The notes beneath the pieces are model-generated. The model saw nothing but the letters and a program-made list of their open reading frames with translations. It made no database searches and was not told the origin of the DNA. 38,288 bases of DNA from Jimgerdemannia flammicorona. Taxonomy: Eukaryota. Location of the stretch: NCBI GenBank assembly GCA_003990765.1, contig RBNJ01000163.1, positions 1 through 38,288 on the forward strand, in the 5' to 3' direction. Both the position numbers and the translations under genes were made by a program. Of this stretch, positions 11,723 to 22,781 are shown in pieces (position 1 is the stretch's first letter; every line of letters starts with the position of its first letter).

Positions 11723-13040
11723 TATAATTTTGAATGTCTACTGGCTATCAAAGATGTGGTATTTGGCATACTATCTGAACTTTCTGGTCTGGGTGATGAA
11801 GAGGTTCTTGAAGCTAGTCAAAGATTGGATCTGGGCTAGGTGAAGGAGTCAGATTAGCTGGGAGATCTTATCATTACCAGTGACTAGAGGAGGTCTTGGG
11901 CTGGTTGACTTTTTGAAGAGGTTATATTATCTGAGAGTATGGTGGTTAAAGAGAGTAGTAGAACTGAGAAGTGGTAGCTAGGTTCCTCTGATAAAGAAGG
12001 TCTGAAAGATGAGATACTTATTGAGAGAAACTACCAGAAATTTACTATCCTTGGTTGGGCTTCCAAATAGTAGGCATATAAGATTTAAGAGCTTCTGGTA
12101 GGGAGTAGTAGATGAGACTTACTATATCAGAATTTGCTATCAGAAATATGAAGGAGAGGTGCCTTGAGGCCCAGTAATATAGAAATGAGATTGAGTGTTA
12201 CTGAGGAGTGCCCTCCTTATGGACTTTGATATTGGTGATAGAGTAGAGTGCCAGAGGGAGATAGGACAGGATATATGGTCTAGCAGCTGACAGATGGTAG
12301 ATATTGGAGAGGAGTGGAACTGGAATGGAGTCTGGACTTAGAGTATGAAGATAAGGTGATAGTTGCCACCCAAGTACTGGGTGGTTTGGTGGTACATGCT
12401 GTAGAGAAATGTTATGCTCAACTTTCACTTAGACCATTTTGTGGAAGGGAGAAACTTTGACTATGAGGAGTACTATAATGTGGGACAGGAAGGGGAGTTT
12501 GTGCAGATGCCAGAATATTGGCTGGGGGAGTATAAGGTACTTGGTGGATTCTGGTTAGCAGTTGGGAATAGACTGGGTCCTGTATATAGGAGAGATGGCA
12601 AGCAGGGTTGATGGGAGGATCTGAGAGATAGATTGGTGGGGGGGGGGGTGAGGAAGAAGTGGCTGACTTTGGGTTGGGTATTAGCAGTATGGATGGGCCT
12701 GGCAGGTCACTGGCTGTTTGTTTTTAAGGAAGGAAAGTGTTTGAGTTTGGGAGAGTAGTTGGTGAGGTGGGAAGGGTTGATAGAGGACATCTTGACAGGC
12801 TGGTGACTGGAATGGGGTCTGCAGGGAGGTCAGTGGCACCATTTGGTGGAGAAAATTTGTGGGCAGAGTGAGGGGAAAGTTGGAGTGGTGGGTGGCAAAG
12901 TAGTTTTCAAATATGAAAATATAGGGAGGGGGCTCCCTAGGGGTATTGGGTAGTAGGAGGGGATAATGTAATTTTATGTGATAGATTGGTAATAAATGGC
13001 AAAGTCCAAGTGACTATAAAAAAAAAATAAAAAAAAAAAA
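11723..13040 (+). mobile_element. 5'-truncated LINE (L1/Tx1-like) 3' end, ~1.3 kb, with poly(A) and 17-bp TSD
   Basis: Begins LNVYWLSKMWY (homologous to 37102 LNVYWMPKLWY), includes the GGLGL and CxxC..HWLxEC-like region, AATAAA at ~12991 and an A-tail 13018-13040. TSD AATATATGCACTCTTTC (11706-11722) / AATACATGCGCTCTTTC (13040-13056). Confidence 0.9.
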
Positions 13041-13855
13041 ATACATGCGCTCTTTCAATCAACGGAATCAACTATGGGACTGCCTGGAGAAATATCACCA
13101 ATGCAAGTATCGGAAAAAGGATCATCGAGGCTGAATGGTCCATCCGCTCTTAGCTTAGCAATATGAATACTATCGTCGTTCTGTACCAAATCCTATTATA
13201 TTGCCCTACCATTTTCGTGCCCTGTATACAGTAATAGCCATTTATTTATTTATTTATTTTGGCTGATGTCTTACCTGTAAACTGTCATGTCCTTTATATT
13301 CGCCTTAAGTAGTGCTATTGACAAAATGGCACACACTATTGCCGAAAATGCCGTTGTAATATGTATGCGTGCGTTCAAAGCAAACCCGAACTTATCGGTA
13401 GGAGAAAAAGTCAGTTTTGATTTAAACGCACTCAAATGCAGCCGAAAAGTCTCATCCATCCATTGCTTTGACAATGGGGACGTCGTCGCCACCTCCCAAG
13501 CCGTGGTATTCCCTGTCCATCTGCATGTACGAAAGCGCGCAGTTTATGGGGCCGAAGCCGCCGACGCACGTCCCTCCGTCTCTGATCCATCGTGCACCCT
13601 CCCTCGGAAGAGCAAGAGTGACAAAGGATATCCCACTCCTCCATCTCGATGACAAACTTGTACCTCCTCGACACATTGGTCAGACAAGGATCTACCAGCT
13701 GCAATCAGCGCTCGTCTCCGCTGAGTCCGCTGTCAAGCTGGGCCGCCGAGTATATCTCCATCGCTTGGCATGGTTTTCTGGCTGGCAGCATCTCTGTGTC
13801 GCTGGAGAGGGGATTCAGCTGGTACCGAATGAGCTCGTGATTATGGATTAGTTCA
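13041..13855. pseudogene. Unmutated paralogue of 9770-10410; fragmentary coding-like remnant, family not recognised
   Basis: CpG-rich and GC-balanced, aligns with the AT-rich copy by transitions in the blocks checked. No continuous ORF or convincing start/stop. Confidence 0.45.
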
Positions 13856-14315
13856 AGTTTTAACATCAACAACTTAATACCAACTTGGTCAATATACCAT
13901 CCACCCCAAAAGGGGGTGTGTAATGACTTTGCGTCTTAGTTCTACTCTCTCTATTCGTTACAGTTTTTGCATATCACACACTGCAATTGGCTAAATGTAC
14001 AAATGCTATCAAAATCACAACAGTCGACCATTTCAGAAAGAAAACATCAATATAGTAAAAAATGAAAGAAAGCAAACGTAGAGGAAGAAGAAAGGTTATA
14101 TCGTATATTTACAGCAAAAAAAGCAACCGCTGAAGAGGAGGCTTTTTCGAATGAAACACTACCTAGGCAACCTTAATCATTGTCGTAAACCGAATCCACG
14201 CAATTTCTTATCCGCAACTCTTCACACAACCCACTCAAAAATCCATTATTCCCCAATTAGAAAATACATCTTTATCCGCCTCCCACTTTCACCTTCCCTT
14301 TGTCCACCTCCGTTT

Positions 14316-15965
14316 TCACCTCCCCTCTCCGGCTTCATCCATCAAGTTTGTTAATTTCTCCACATTGATCGGACTCTCCGCTAACATGTGTGGGTTATAC
14401 GCGAATGAGAATGATAGGTCCCGTAGCGTGATACTTGACTTCCCGTCCTGTTGCCTCGAAATTGACGACGGGGTGGTGAGCAGAGATGGGGCAGGAGTCG
14501 CGGCGCGGGCGCCGGAGAGCGACGACATGCCGAGCGGAATCGGAATGTTGCGGACAAGGTCCGGGCTTGAGGTGATAGGGAGGGCGAAGGCACCGGTATG
14601 GAAGTTGGTGGTGGCGGTTGTGTCCGGTTGTTTGGAGGAGACAGTAATGCCCATGGAGCGGTTGGCGCGGATCTTGTAGATTGTGCTGGAGATGATGGAT
14701 ATAACGTGGCTCTGTGGAGTATGAGGACAGTTAACATCCGTGACTGTATTCCAATTGCATACGTAGCCCCGATCACAACTAACCGCAAACCAAACCCCCC
14801 AAAACCGGCCACCCACCTCCAACGCGTATTTCATCGCCTCGACCGACTCGTCCGCCACCCCGCCCATCAACCCGTTCTCGTGCGCGATGGTCGCCATCCG
14901 GTATCGCAGTGCCTCAAAATTGGGCAGGTCCTTGGTGCCACAGCAGAGTGGAGTGAAGTGACCGTGGGAGAACCCGAGATTAACTGCTGCGTTGTCGTGA
15001 ACGTGAAGGACAAGGTGTGAGCCAGGGATTCAAACCATCGTGCAATGCGTGACTGATGGAATTAACTAGAGGCCTCATAATAAACAGAACGACGCTATTG
15101 CTACACTTGCCTCCCTCTGGCGGTTCCAAAGATATTCAAATATTATATATAAATGAAAACACGAAGCAGAGACACATACTCGGCGGCGTCCTCTCATCTT
15201 TCAAAATAGGCATCATGGGCACATTTCTAATCGGCGGCGACATAGGTTTGTTGATCGGCGCAGACGTCTCCGTGTTCCGTATCTGTTGCAAAAAAAAAAA
15301 AAAAAAAAAGCCAAAAAAAATATGAGGCGACATCTATCAGACCCCTACACAACTCTCACACATTCCCCTATCCTCCCTTCGGCTACTCTCCAGCCCTTCT
15401 CCCTTCCGCACTCTCACCTTCGCCAATTCCTTGATCCTCTCCCTTTCCGTCTTATCCAACGACATGTTATCGCGCTTCTTCTTCTTGGCCTCCTGCCTAA
15501 CACCGCCAACTCCCGCCACGTCATCGTCTTCATCCTTGATAGGGCGCTTGCGCCTTTGTGAGTTAGCGCCATGCTGATTCGCTGGTGAGGGGAAATCCTT
15601 TTGGGCGTTATGGATCGTCGCGAGGATGAAAGCGTTGTGGAGGGGGGCTGGGATAATGGGTGGTTAAAGGATGAGTCGGTGGTATTACCTTTATGACAGT
15701 TAAAAGAGCGGATATTAATGTCCGTCCTTCTGATAGCACAATGACGGGCAACTGCAACAAACGTACCATTTTGCCTATTCAGAAACAGATTTGCATAAAA
15801 GTCAAACTCCTGTCTATTCAGCTTCCCGGTAACAAACTCCCTCAGAGCGTCCCAGTACTGCGGGGCATTGCCGGCCAGGGCATCTACGAGCTTGTGCTTG
15901 ATGTTGAGCAGCTCCTGACGTCCGGTCGGCGGTGCAGTGGTGGTCGGCGGTGCAGTGGAGGGCAT
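14316..15965 (-). CDS. HFI1: SAGA complex subunit Ada1/Hfi1 (SAGA-Tad1 family), 5 exons
   Basis: Exons 15965-15767, 15647-15418, 15282-15180, 14986(or 14983)-14817, 14711-14316, GT-AG and in frame. Motifs YWDALREFVTGKLNRQEFDF..LHNAFILATIHNA, PLCCGTKDLPNFEALRYRMATIAHENGLMGGV..ESVEAMKYALESHV..II, ITLRDL..SFAYNPH are typical of Ada1/Tada1. Confidence 0.88.
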
Positions 15966-16241
15966 GTTTCACGTTGAGAACGGAAAAAGACACTACTCCT
16001 TTTTCGGGCGCATCGTGACATCACGCGTGGCGCTCGGACACGTTATCTTCGTAGACGTCATTTGATAAACGTTTCCTAGTATAAACTTATTTCTTTATTT
16101 GAGCCGAGAGCGCGGTCAGTTTAAACTGGATGATACATGCGTAGAGTTCTTGATAATACATGTGAGAAGAAATACAGTTGATAAAAAGGAAGCGGGGCGG
16201 GAATTTTTTTGTAGTCGGAACTGGACAACAATGTCATCCAT

Positions 16242-17397
16242 TTATGTCGGTAGCCGGTCCTTGACAGATTTTTCGTTTGTAACATAGAACACCCAAAGTG
16301 CGGCGCGAACTGCCTCTGTTGGTTTGGCTGTGTCGGATGGATTCTCGTAGTCTTTGTTGAATTCGTCCTCGTCCCATTCTCTAATGAAAGTTCCGTGGGT
16401 AGCGGAATTTCCCCACGCCTCGGCTAGGTAATCGTCCAGAACATTCGTGATTTTCCAGCGAGTATTGACGATCCGCAATGGTTCCGTTCTAATTACAGCA
16501 CGGTAGCGTTCCCTATAATTGGTAATTTAAATTAGTTGGTCGGCTCGATTCGATTAACAAAATGTCAAGTCTTTGTCTAAAAATTCTTCTTACCAGTAGT
16601 CGATCGGCGATCGAGCAAATTGGCGGACAATTGGATCTCTTAAAAGTATTTCGTGATACACAAGTTCAATCCCATCAGGATCCTTCATATACCTGAGGTC
16701 ACGTCTCCCGAATGTCAGCGTAAAACAGCCGCCACTATCATATGCCTCTTTTACTGTGAATTTTTTTTCACTGTTGACAAGAAAATACATCGGTGGTTAG
16801 CGAACATAAAATATGACCCTTTTCCCAAGTATCATTTATATGAATTACTTACATCTGGGAAGATAGTTGGTCAAAGCTGTGAAAGAGCCGATGGGCGCGC
16901 TGGACATTCAAGATTAGGATGAATATGACATGAATCTTCTGTTAAAAACCAAAAGACGAGGCGGGACGTAAACAAACCTCTAGGTCTGACGTCTTTAGGA
17001 GAGGTATGTGTTTCGCTCTAGCCTTTTGGAGGATATCCAGGTACGCATCATCTGATACTCCGACGTCATCATCGACCGCAACGAATGCCTGTGTAATATA
17101 GATCGTAAGATAAAAAAAAATTCGTAAGATTTCCATTCCTGACAAGCTTCAAAAGCCTATATAATTATTACGTACCGCCTGGGTCATATTCGTGACCACA
17201 CGAATGTTCAATGTCTCTGGATATAATTTAGTTTGGCGAACAGCTCGAGTTAGGCATGATGTGGAGTTGCTGGAGGTTAAATGGTAGAATGCCTTGTCTT
17301 TGATAGAGTGGGGAGTCCATTTTGGTAGCCAAGTATCGTTCGAGGAAGAACTCATTGACAGGCAGAAAGATTTTGGGGATTGTAGGTTCGACGCCAT
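16242..17397 (-). CDS. Hypothetical protein, 5 exons, ~288 aa
   Basis: Exons 17397-17176, 17088-16978, 16938-16853, 16770-16594, 16512-16242 with canonical GT-AG sites (CTAAC branch point in intron 3), 867 nt in frame: MASNLQ..KLYPETLNIRVVTNMTQAAFVAVDDD..GIELVYHEILLRDPIVRQFARSPIDYWERYRAVIRTEPLRIVNTRWKI..EAWGNSATHGTFIREW..VRAALWVFYVTNEKSVKDRLPT*. Confidence 0.75.
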
Positions 17398-17526
17398 CTC
17401 TTATAACTATTTCGGAGTTGCCAGTACTTCTATTTTTTTTTTTTAAGCAGGTTTTTTTATCGGAGGACTGTTCGAAAAACAATCCTACCATCTAATTTGT
17501 TCAACAGAAATTAGACGCGGGGAATG

Positions 17527-17606
17527 AGCGCTGAGGAAAGGGAGATGCAAAGCGGAGATGGAAAAGCACTGAGGAAAGGAGGATGCAAAAGCGCTGACAA
17601 AGGGAC
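17527..17606. repeat. Short degenerate tandem repeat (GCGCTGAGGAAAGGGAGATGCAAA-like)
   Basis: Three to four imperfect units visible upstream of the 16242-17397 gene. Confidence 0.55.
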
Positions 17607-18195
17607 AAGGGACGGTGGCCTTGGTGCCTTGTTTTTAATAGTTTTGGTGCTATAGAATATAGAATTAAAAAAAAAAAAAAAAAAGGTGGCTTAGATTACG
17701 TCGCACATTTCAATTACATATGCTTATGACGTAATGGCGTAATAGCTTATTGAGCAGGATGCGGCTTGCGCAGCAGATACATTCCCTTAATTCTTTCAGA
17801 CCAAACCCACATTTGTTTGACGAACTCCATAATTACATTGTCATCTATTGGCACCTTCTGTTTTCACCGTATAATTGAATTGCCGGACATGCACGAACGT
17901 CTTTTTGGAGGCAGCCGCCATGCGTATGGATAACGTTATCGGTCCCCTACCCACGACAGTAAACAAACAGGGTTTTAGAGCCTTATCAAGAGCGAGGCAA
18001 ATGCATGTGATATTATTTGTTTCGCATGTTATTCATGCAGGTACCAATCCGACGAAATATGTCCGATTTGAAGGTCAGCCCTCGCAGACTCGAGGGCGTT
18101 ATTTTGCTGTTATCCATATTCAGGAGCCCTTTCAAAAAGCAGATACAATACGGCCAACCCTATAAACCCCAGTAAATTTTGAAGGAATAGAACAC

Positions 18196-18277
18196 CATGA
18201 GGAAAAAAAAATAAAAATCTAAGATCATAGAATGATTCTTTAACCTTAGAACTTTTTTTATTTAGCTTTTCCTCATG
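18196..18277. repeat. Imperfect ~82-bp inverted repeat (hairpin or mini-MITE-like)
   Basis: Left arm CATGAGGAAAA..AAATAAAAA.TCTAAG; right arm reverse complement CATGAGGAAAAGCTAAATAAAAAAAGTTCTAAGG. Confidence 0.55.
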
Positions 18278-18317
18278 TCTTGGTATAAGTAATTTAATAT
18301 AGAGACGAACAATTTGA

Positions 18318-18462
18318 GAGACGGATGGACGATGGAGACAGACGCCGATTGAAATGGACGCCGATTAAGATGGAAGATGAAGACGGACAGCCGATTGAGC
18401 TAGAAGATGGAGACGGACGATGGAGATGGACGCCGATTGAGATTGAGACGGAAGATGGGATG
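18318..18462. repeat. Purine-rich degenerate minisatellite (GACGCCGATTGA / GATGGAGACGGAC units)
   Basis: GCCGATT recurs four times and GGACGATGGAGA twice. Confidence 0.65.
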
Positions 18463-18644
18463 GGTGAGAGGTTGACTTTAGATTATGGTTCAAACCTGGT
18501 ACATATATGTATATCTAGTCAACTTTTGGTATTGCAAAAGATAATAAGGACAGCCAGTTATATATTTGAGGATAGGCAAAGCACGTCGATGATTATCGGA
18601 AATGGTGTGCCAACGGTACGGTAATTACGGCTCTGACGTCCCGC

Positions 18645-19372
18645 GACATAAAGAGAATGGTTGGCTGCCACCGGCTACAAAAAAGGGCTGGTAAGCTCGC
18701 CGCCTCAAACCTATCTGCCCACCACCTGATATCGCCACCGCGAAGACGAAAACAAAAAAAAAAAAAAAAAGAATACTCTCTTTGCCGCCGCCACGATCCA
18801 GACCCCGCAGTTTGGTGATATTTTCAAGAGCCTAGTCACGGCGCTCCTTAAGCTCGGCGGAGGCATCGTGGCTCGGCTCCTCAAGCTGGACGAAAAGCGC
18901 GATCTACAGGTCCGTCGGTTGTCGCTGGCGGAACCGCCGTCCCGAAATGAATATATCACGTGCTCTTTGTTATTTCCGAACCACGCGGCTTCGATTTTTG
19001 CCATTGGCCACCGTTTGAACCGCCCACAATACCACAACCGAGGTTGCCGAGTACACATTAAACGTCACTGTCCCCTCCACCTCATTAAGGCGAGGTGTCG
19101 GGTGGACTCGAAGGATGTTGACGCGAACGGGTACACTTTATTCTTTGAAATAATTTATTTCCGACCGTTTCCGACCAGTTTCCGACTGGGTTGTTGCCAA
19201 CGGTGTTGTAATATACATATATTATGGAAAGAAGCGGTTTCTTCCTTGCTTAAGGATGTGTGGGGGCACGTGGTCAAAAACAGGACGCGTCCAAAATGGG
19301 CAAAATCCTGGATTCTGAAACACACATGTAATCGGAAGAAGTCCATTTCCATTTCCATCTCTAAAGCGCTCT
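18645..19372 (+). pseudogene. Possible degraded ankyrin-repeat gene remnant
   Basis: Scattered ankyrin-like words: ENGWLPPATKKG followed by a GTAAGC donor, TLFAAA, IVARLLKL, HAAS..GH, PLHL, DVDANGYTL, EAVSSLLK. Spacing is not canonical. Confidence 0.3.
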
Positions 19373-19710
19373 AATTACTCAGTGGAGTGTTTCAGATACT
19401 TCTTGCAGTTTCATAGAGGCATTACTAGTATTCTAGTAGGTTTGAGGGGATAGAGACCTCCATGTATAAATAGCATAGGATTTGAGCATGTAATAAAGGA
19501 CAGAGTTGGTTCAGATAATCAGAATTTATTAGAAAATTGACAACTAGAGCACATATTTTGAGAATTTATAGATCTAAAGATTAGGTATACAAGCAGTCAT
19601 TTTTCAAGCCTTCTAAGAGGTTCTTCAGATACTTTACTTAATGAATTCTTTATAGCAAATATATTATGACTACTATATGCCCTTTTAGTCTATATCTAGA
19701 CTAATTACTG

Positions 19711-20371
19711 TTTTTTTTTTTTTTTTTAATAGTCTTATAGATTTCACTATTTATTACCAGTCTATCAATATAATTATAGTACTCCATCCCACTACCTAAT
19801 CTTTTTAGGGAGGCTCCCCTCTACTCTCTTATACTTGAAAGCTACCTTATCATTAACTATTATTACTCTCTCTCTATTCTGTTTATAAATCTTCTTTATC
19901 AATCAATACTGATATCTTCTCTATAAATCTCATCTCACTCACTAATCTATCAAGATATCTTCCAACAATCCTTCCTACCTCACCAGCTGCTCCCCCAAAC
20001 CAACTTATCTCTTTTTCTCAAAAATATATAGCTAATGTTCTATCAGTCTCACCTATATAGCTAAAATTCAATCAATAGTGAGCTACTTATTTTAATACTC
20101 TCTACTAATCTATCTTTTAAGTTCTCCCATCAGTCTCTCTCCATCTCTCCTTCTCACAACATTCAACCTATCTCCAACTACTAACCAAAAGTCTTTGAGT
20201 ACTTCACACTCTTATAGCTAATGTTCTAGTATCTATATATACTCTTTTTTCTATTTAATATTATAATATTCCTTATAATCAAATTGACCACCCTCTACAA
20301 GATAATCTATATAAAAGTTGAGTATGATATTCTGCCTCAGCAAGTATCACCAAACCACTCAAAACTTAAGT

Positions 20372-20406
<35 letters not shown>

Positions 20407-22247
20407 GGACTCATGTCCTGCAGATTTTTATTAGAAGAGAACCTAGACTATATAGGCCAAAACCCTCCTCCACCATCCACCAAGCACTACCCCTCCATTA
20501 ACCTAGGCTAGCTATTGTTCAGCAGCTCGACCATGCCAGGTGCAGCAGGGCCGATAAGGCCTGTACCTCATTCTGTGTACCATACTCTCCCTACTACCAG
20601 GGGAAACCCAACCATATACCAATGACCAAAAGTATATGCCTGAGAACCCAACATATGTACAAGGCCATGCCCGAGCCAAATAGAATAGCCCTGCCACCCC
20701 AAAGAGAATGACAGATAAAGAAAAAACCCTCATCAAAGTACAACATAGTGGGTAGGGCCTGGTTCTCTCAGTTGAGGTGAGTAAAGGACTTATATGTAAG
20801 GTGAGAGGAAACCCCCAATACCCCACTACTTAAGCCTGTGGACCTCGATCACATTGCTATATCAGCTCCTGGTTCCAGTTGAGTGCAGCCAAGATATCTG
20901 AAATGGGTAGCCTCAGGCCTCCTGACCCCTCCTGATGACTAGGGCCCAACCCTGCTGACTGCCAAAAGAAGCTGATAGTGATACCTACTATGTACCTAAC
21001 CATGCCACACCAATCAAAAGGCCCCACTGAAGCAGCACCTGCCCCAGCCCCAATGACCACCCCCAGTCTGGTACCCTACTGGTTCACTGTAATCACCCTT
21101 CCTCCTATCTATAATGACCATCTCTCCTCCCATCCCGACAATACCTGAAAAACAGTCACCTATATCAGAACCACACTTGCCAGGAAGCTCGCCAAAGCCA
21201 GAGAGCCCCACCACAGGCACCGAGGACCTGCAGGTAACCTACACTGAGCACTTGATGCCCAAAGTTGGCTGACTCCCTATGTAGCCTGAGATACACCAAG
21301 ACAACATCTTGTTGGTGATGGCAAAAGGAAGAAGGCACCACACTAAAATGGGTATACCCCAGATGCAGCTGAAGGCACCAGAATCTGCGAAAAAGTGGAG
21401 AAAGCACCAATCTAACACTAATAAAGGAGCAACTCATCACTATTGCCCTCCTCCCACCATACCCCTGCAGGCACAGCAAACCAACCCGAGATAGAGGGGG
21501 TAACAATAGAGGAAAGGGGACTCGGAAGGTTATCTACCAAACCTTGTAACCGGTAAGATAGTGGAGAAAGGAGCTGTCAAAACTTAAGTAATAGTTATTA
21601 TCAGATCTCAGCACTTTAGGCCCAGACTCTATTTTAGTCTCACCCCTCTCCAATACCTATTATCTACCAGCCCCTAGACCATATATCTTATCCTAACTCT
21701 CTCTGGCACTCTACTCTATCTCTAATATTGAAGTTAATTAGTGAGATGTCCTCTAATAATACTCAATTTTATCTCTATATTACTGGACCCTATAGTATCT
21801 CTCTCTTTACTCTTTACTAGTGAAGATCAATACAGTATATTCTATCAACTACTCTCTATCAAAAGCTCTTAAATTATATATGCTCACTATTCTGAAACTC
21901 AATCAGAGATAAAAGATCTCTTATAGAGTCTCTTGGCAAGAACCTCATCTTCTAGATCTTTTTCATCAGAGAGACTCAGCTACTACTCTTCAGTTCTACT
22001 GCTCTCTTTAATTACCAAGCTTACAGATAATATAGTCTTTTTAAGAAATCCACCAGCCCAAGTTCTTCTCTATCTACTGATAATAATAGAATTTTTCAGC
22101 TAATCTGACTCTGTCTATCAGCTCAGATCCAACTCTTGACTAGCTTCAATAGTCTCTTTATCATCCAGGCTAGAAAGTCCAGATGATATACTAAATACTA
22201 TAGCTTTGATAGCTAGTAGACATTCAAGATTGAAACATAACCTACAA
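19711..22247 (-). mobile_element. 5'-truncated LINE 3' end (minus strand), split by a 1.2-kb insertion
   Basis: T-tail 19711-19727; reverse-complement homologous to 11730-13020. TSD AGACTAATTACTGTT (19698-19712) / AGATCAATTACTATT (22248-22262), differing only by transitions. Confidence 0.88.
20375..21576 (-). mobile_element. Complete ~1.2-kb non-autonomous poly(A) retroposon (long SINE-like), copy 1
   Basis: Perfect 16-bp TSD TCAAAACTTAAGTAAT (20359-20374, 21577-21592); ~30-nt A-tail; AATAAA ~25 nt upstream of the tail; 5' end CTCCTTTCTCCACTATCTTACCGGTTACAA resembles the LINE 5' terminus; no recognisable protein. Confidence 0.88.
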
Positions 22248-22781
22248 AGATCAATTACTATTCTTTAACTGTTAAGTAATTTCTGATAGAAGACTGTCAA
22301 ATTTACATTAATAGAGACATTGAGGAATAATTCTTAAAATTAAGTATTTAAAGTAAAATCCACAACCACTATGCTAAAATATTACTAGTATAAGAGACTC
22401 TGCTATACTATACCAATATATACTATAAGAATATTATCATCTTCTTTAAGGATTTAGAGATATATATAGTTGATTACTACATCTATACTAATGAAGAAAA
22501 GATAGATATCTTTAAAGTCTATTTATATGATAAGATCTTGACCATGACCAATAATATAGTTATATTGAAGAACCCTTTCATCATTACTATCAGACCTATA
22601 TATAATATAATTAAGACCTATATTATCACTCAATTCACTTAGAATTGAGGACTTATAATACTTAACATCAATCTCAGTACTATTATAATCAGTCTAGAAG
22701 AGAGCTTTATTACTTTCTGAGCCCAGATATAAAAGAATTACAATCTATATAATATTATAATAAAGAAGTTAAGAGAGTGAT

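Larger units (their letters stand above)
19388..22780 (+). mobile_element. LTR retrotransposon relic 2 (LTR-like 5' region 19388-19710, gag-like 22350-22780), interrupted by a LINE
   Basis: CpG loss starts at ~19375. TG start, TGTATAAATAG and AATAAAG signals. After the LINE insertion a gag-like frame reads FFKDLEIYIVDYYIYTNEEKIDIFKVYL...LSTIIISLEESFITF*AQI. Cut by the next LINE at 22782. Confidence 0.5.

Noticed and set aside
9650..13855. The duplicated segments as an LTR pair
   Set aside because: No TG..CA termini, no gag/pol between them, and large indels between copies; better explained as a tandem duplication.
13902..13918. CACCCC-AAAAG-GGGGTG hairpin as a Helitron 3' end or terminator
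   Set aside because: No CTRR terminus at the expected distance and no other Helitron evidence.
17228..17491. 87-aa ORF as the first exon of the unknown gene
   Set aside because: It stops before the splice donor; the frame starting at ATG 17397 splices cleanly.
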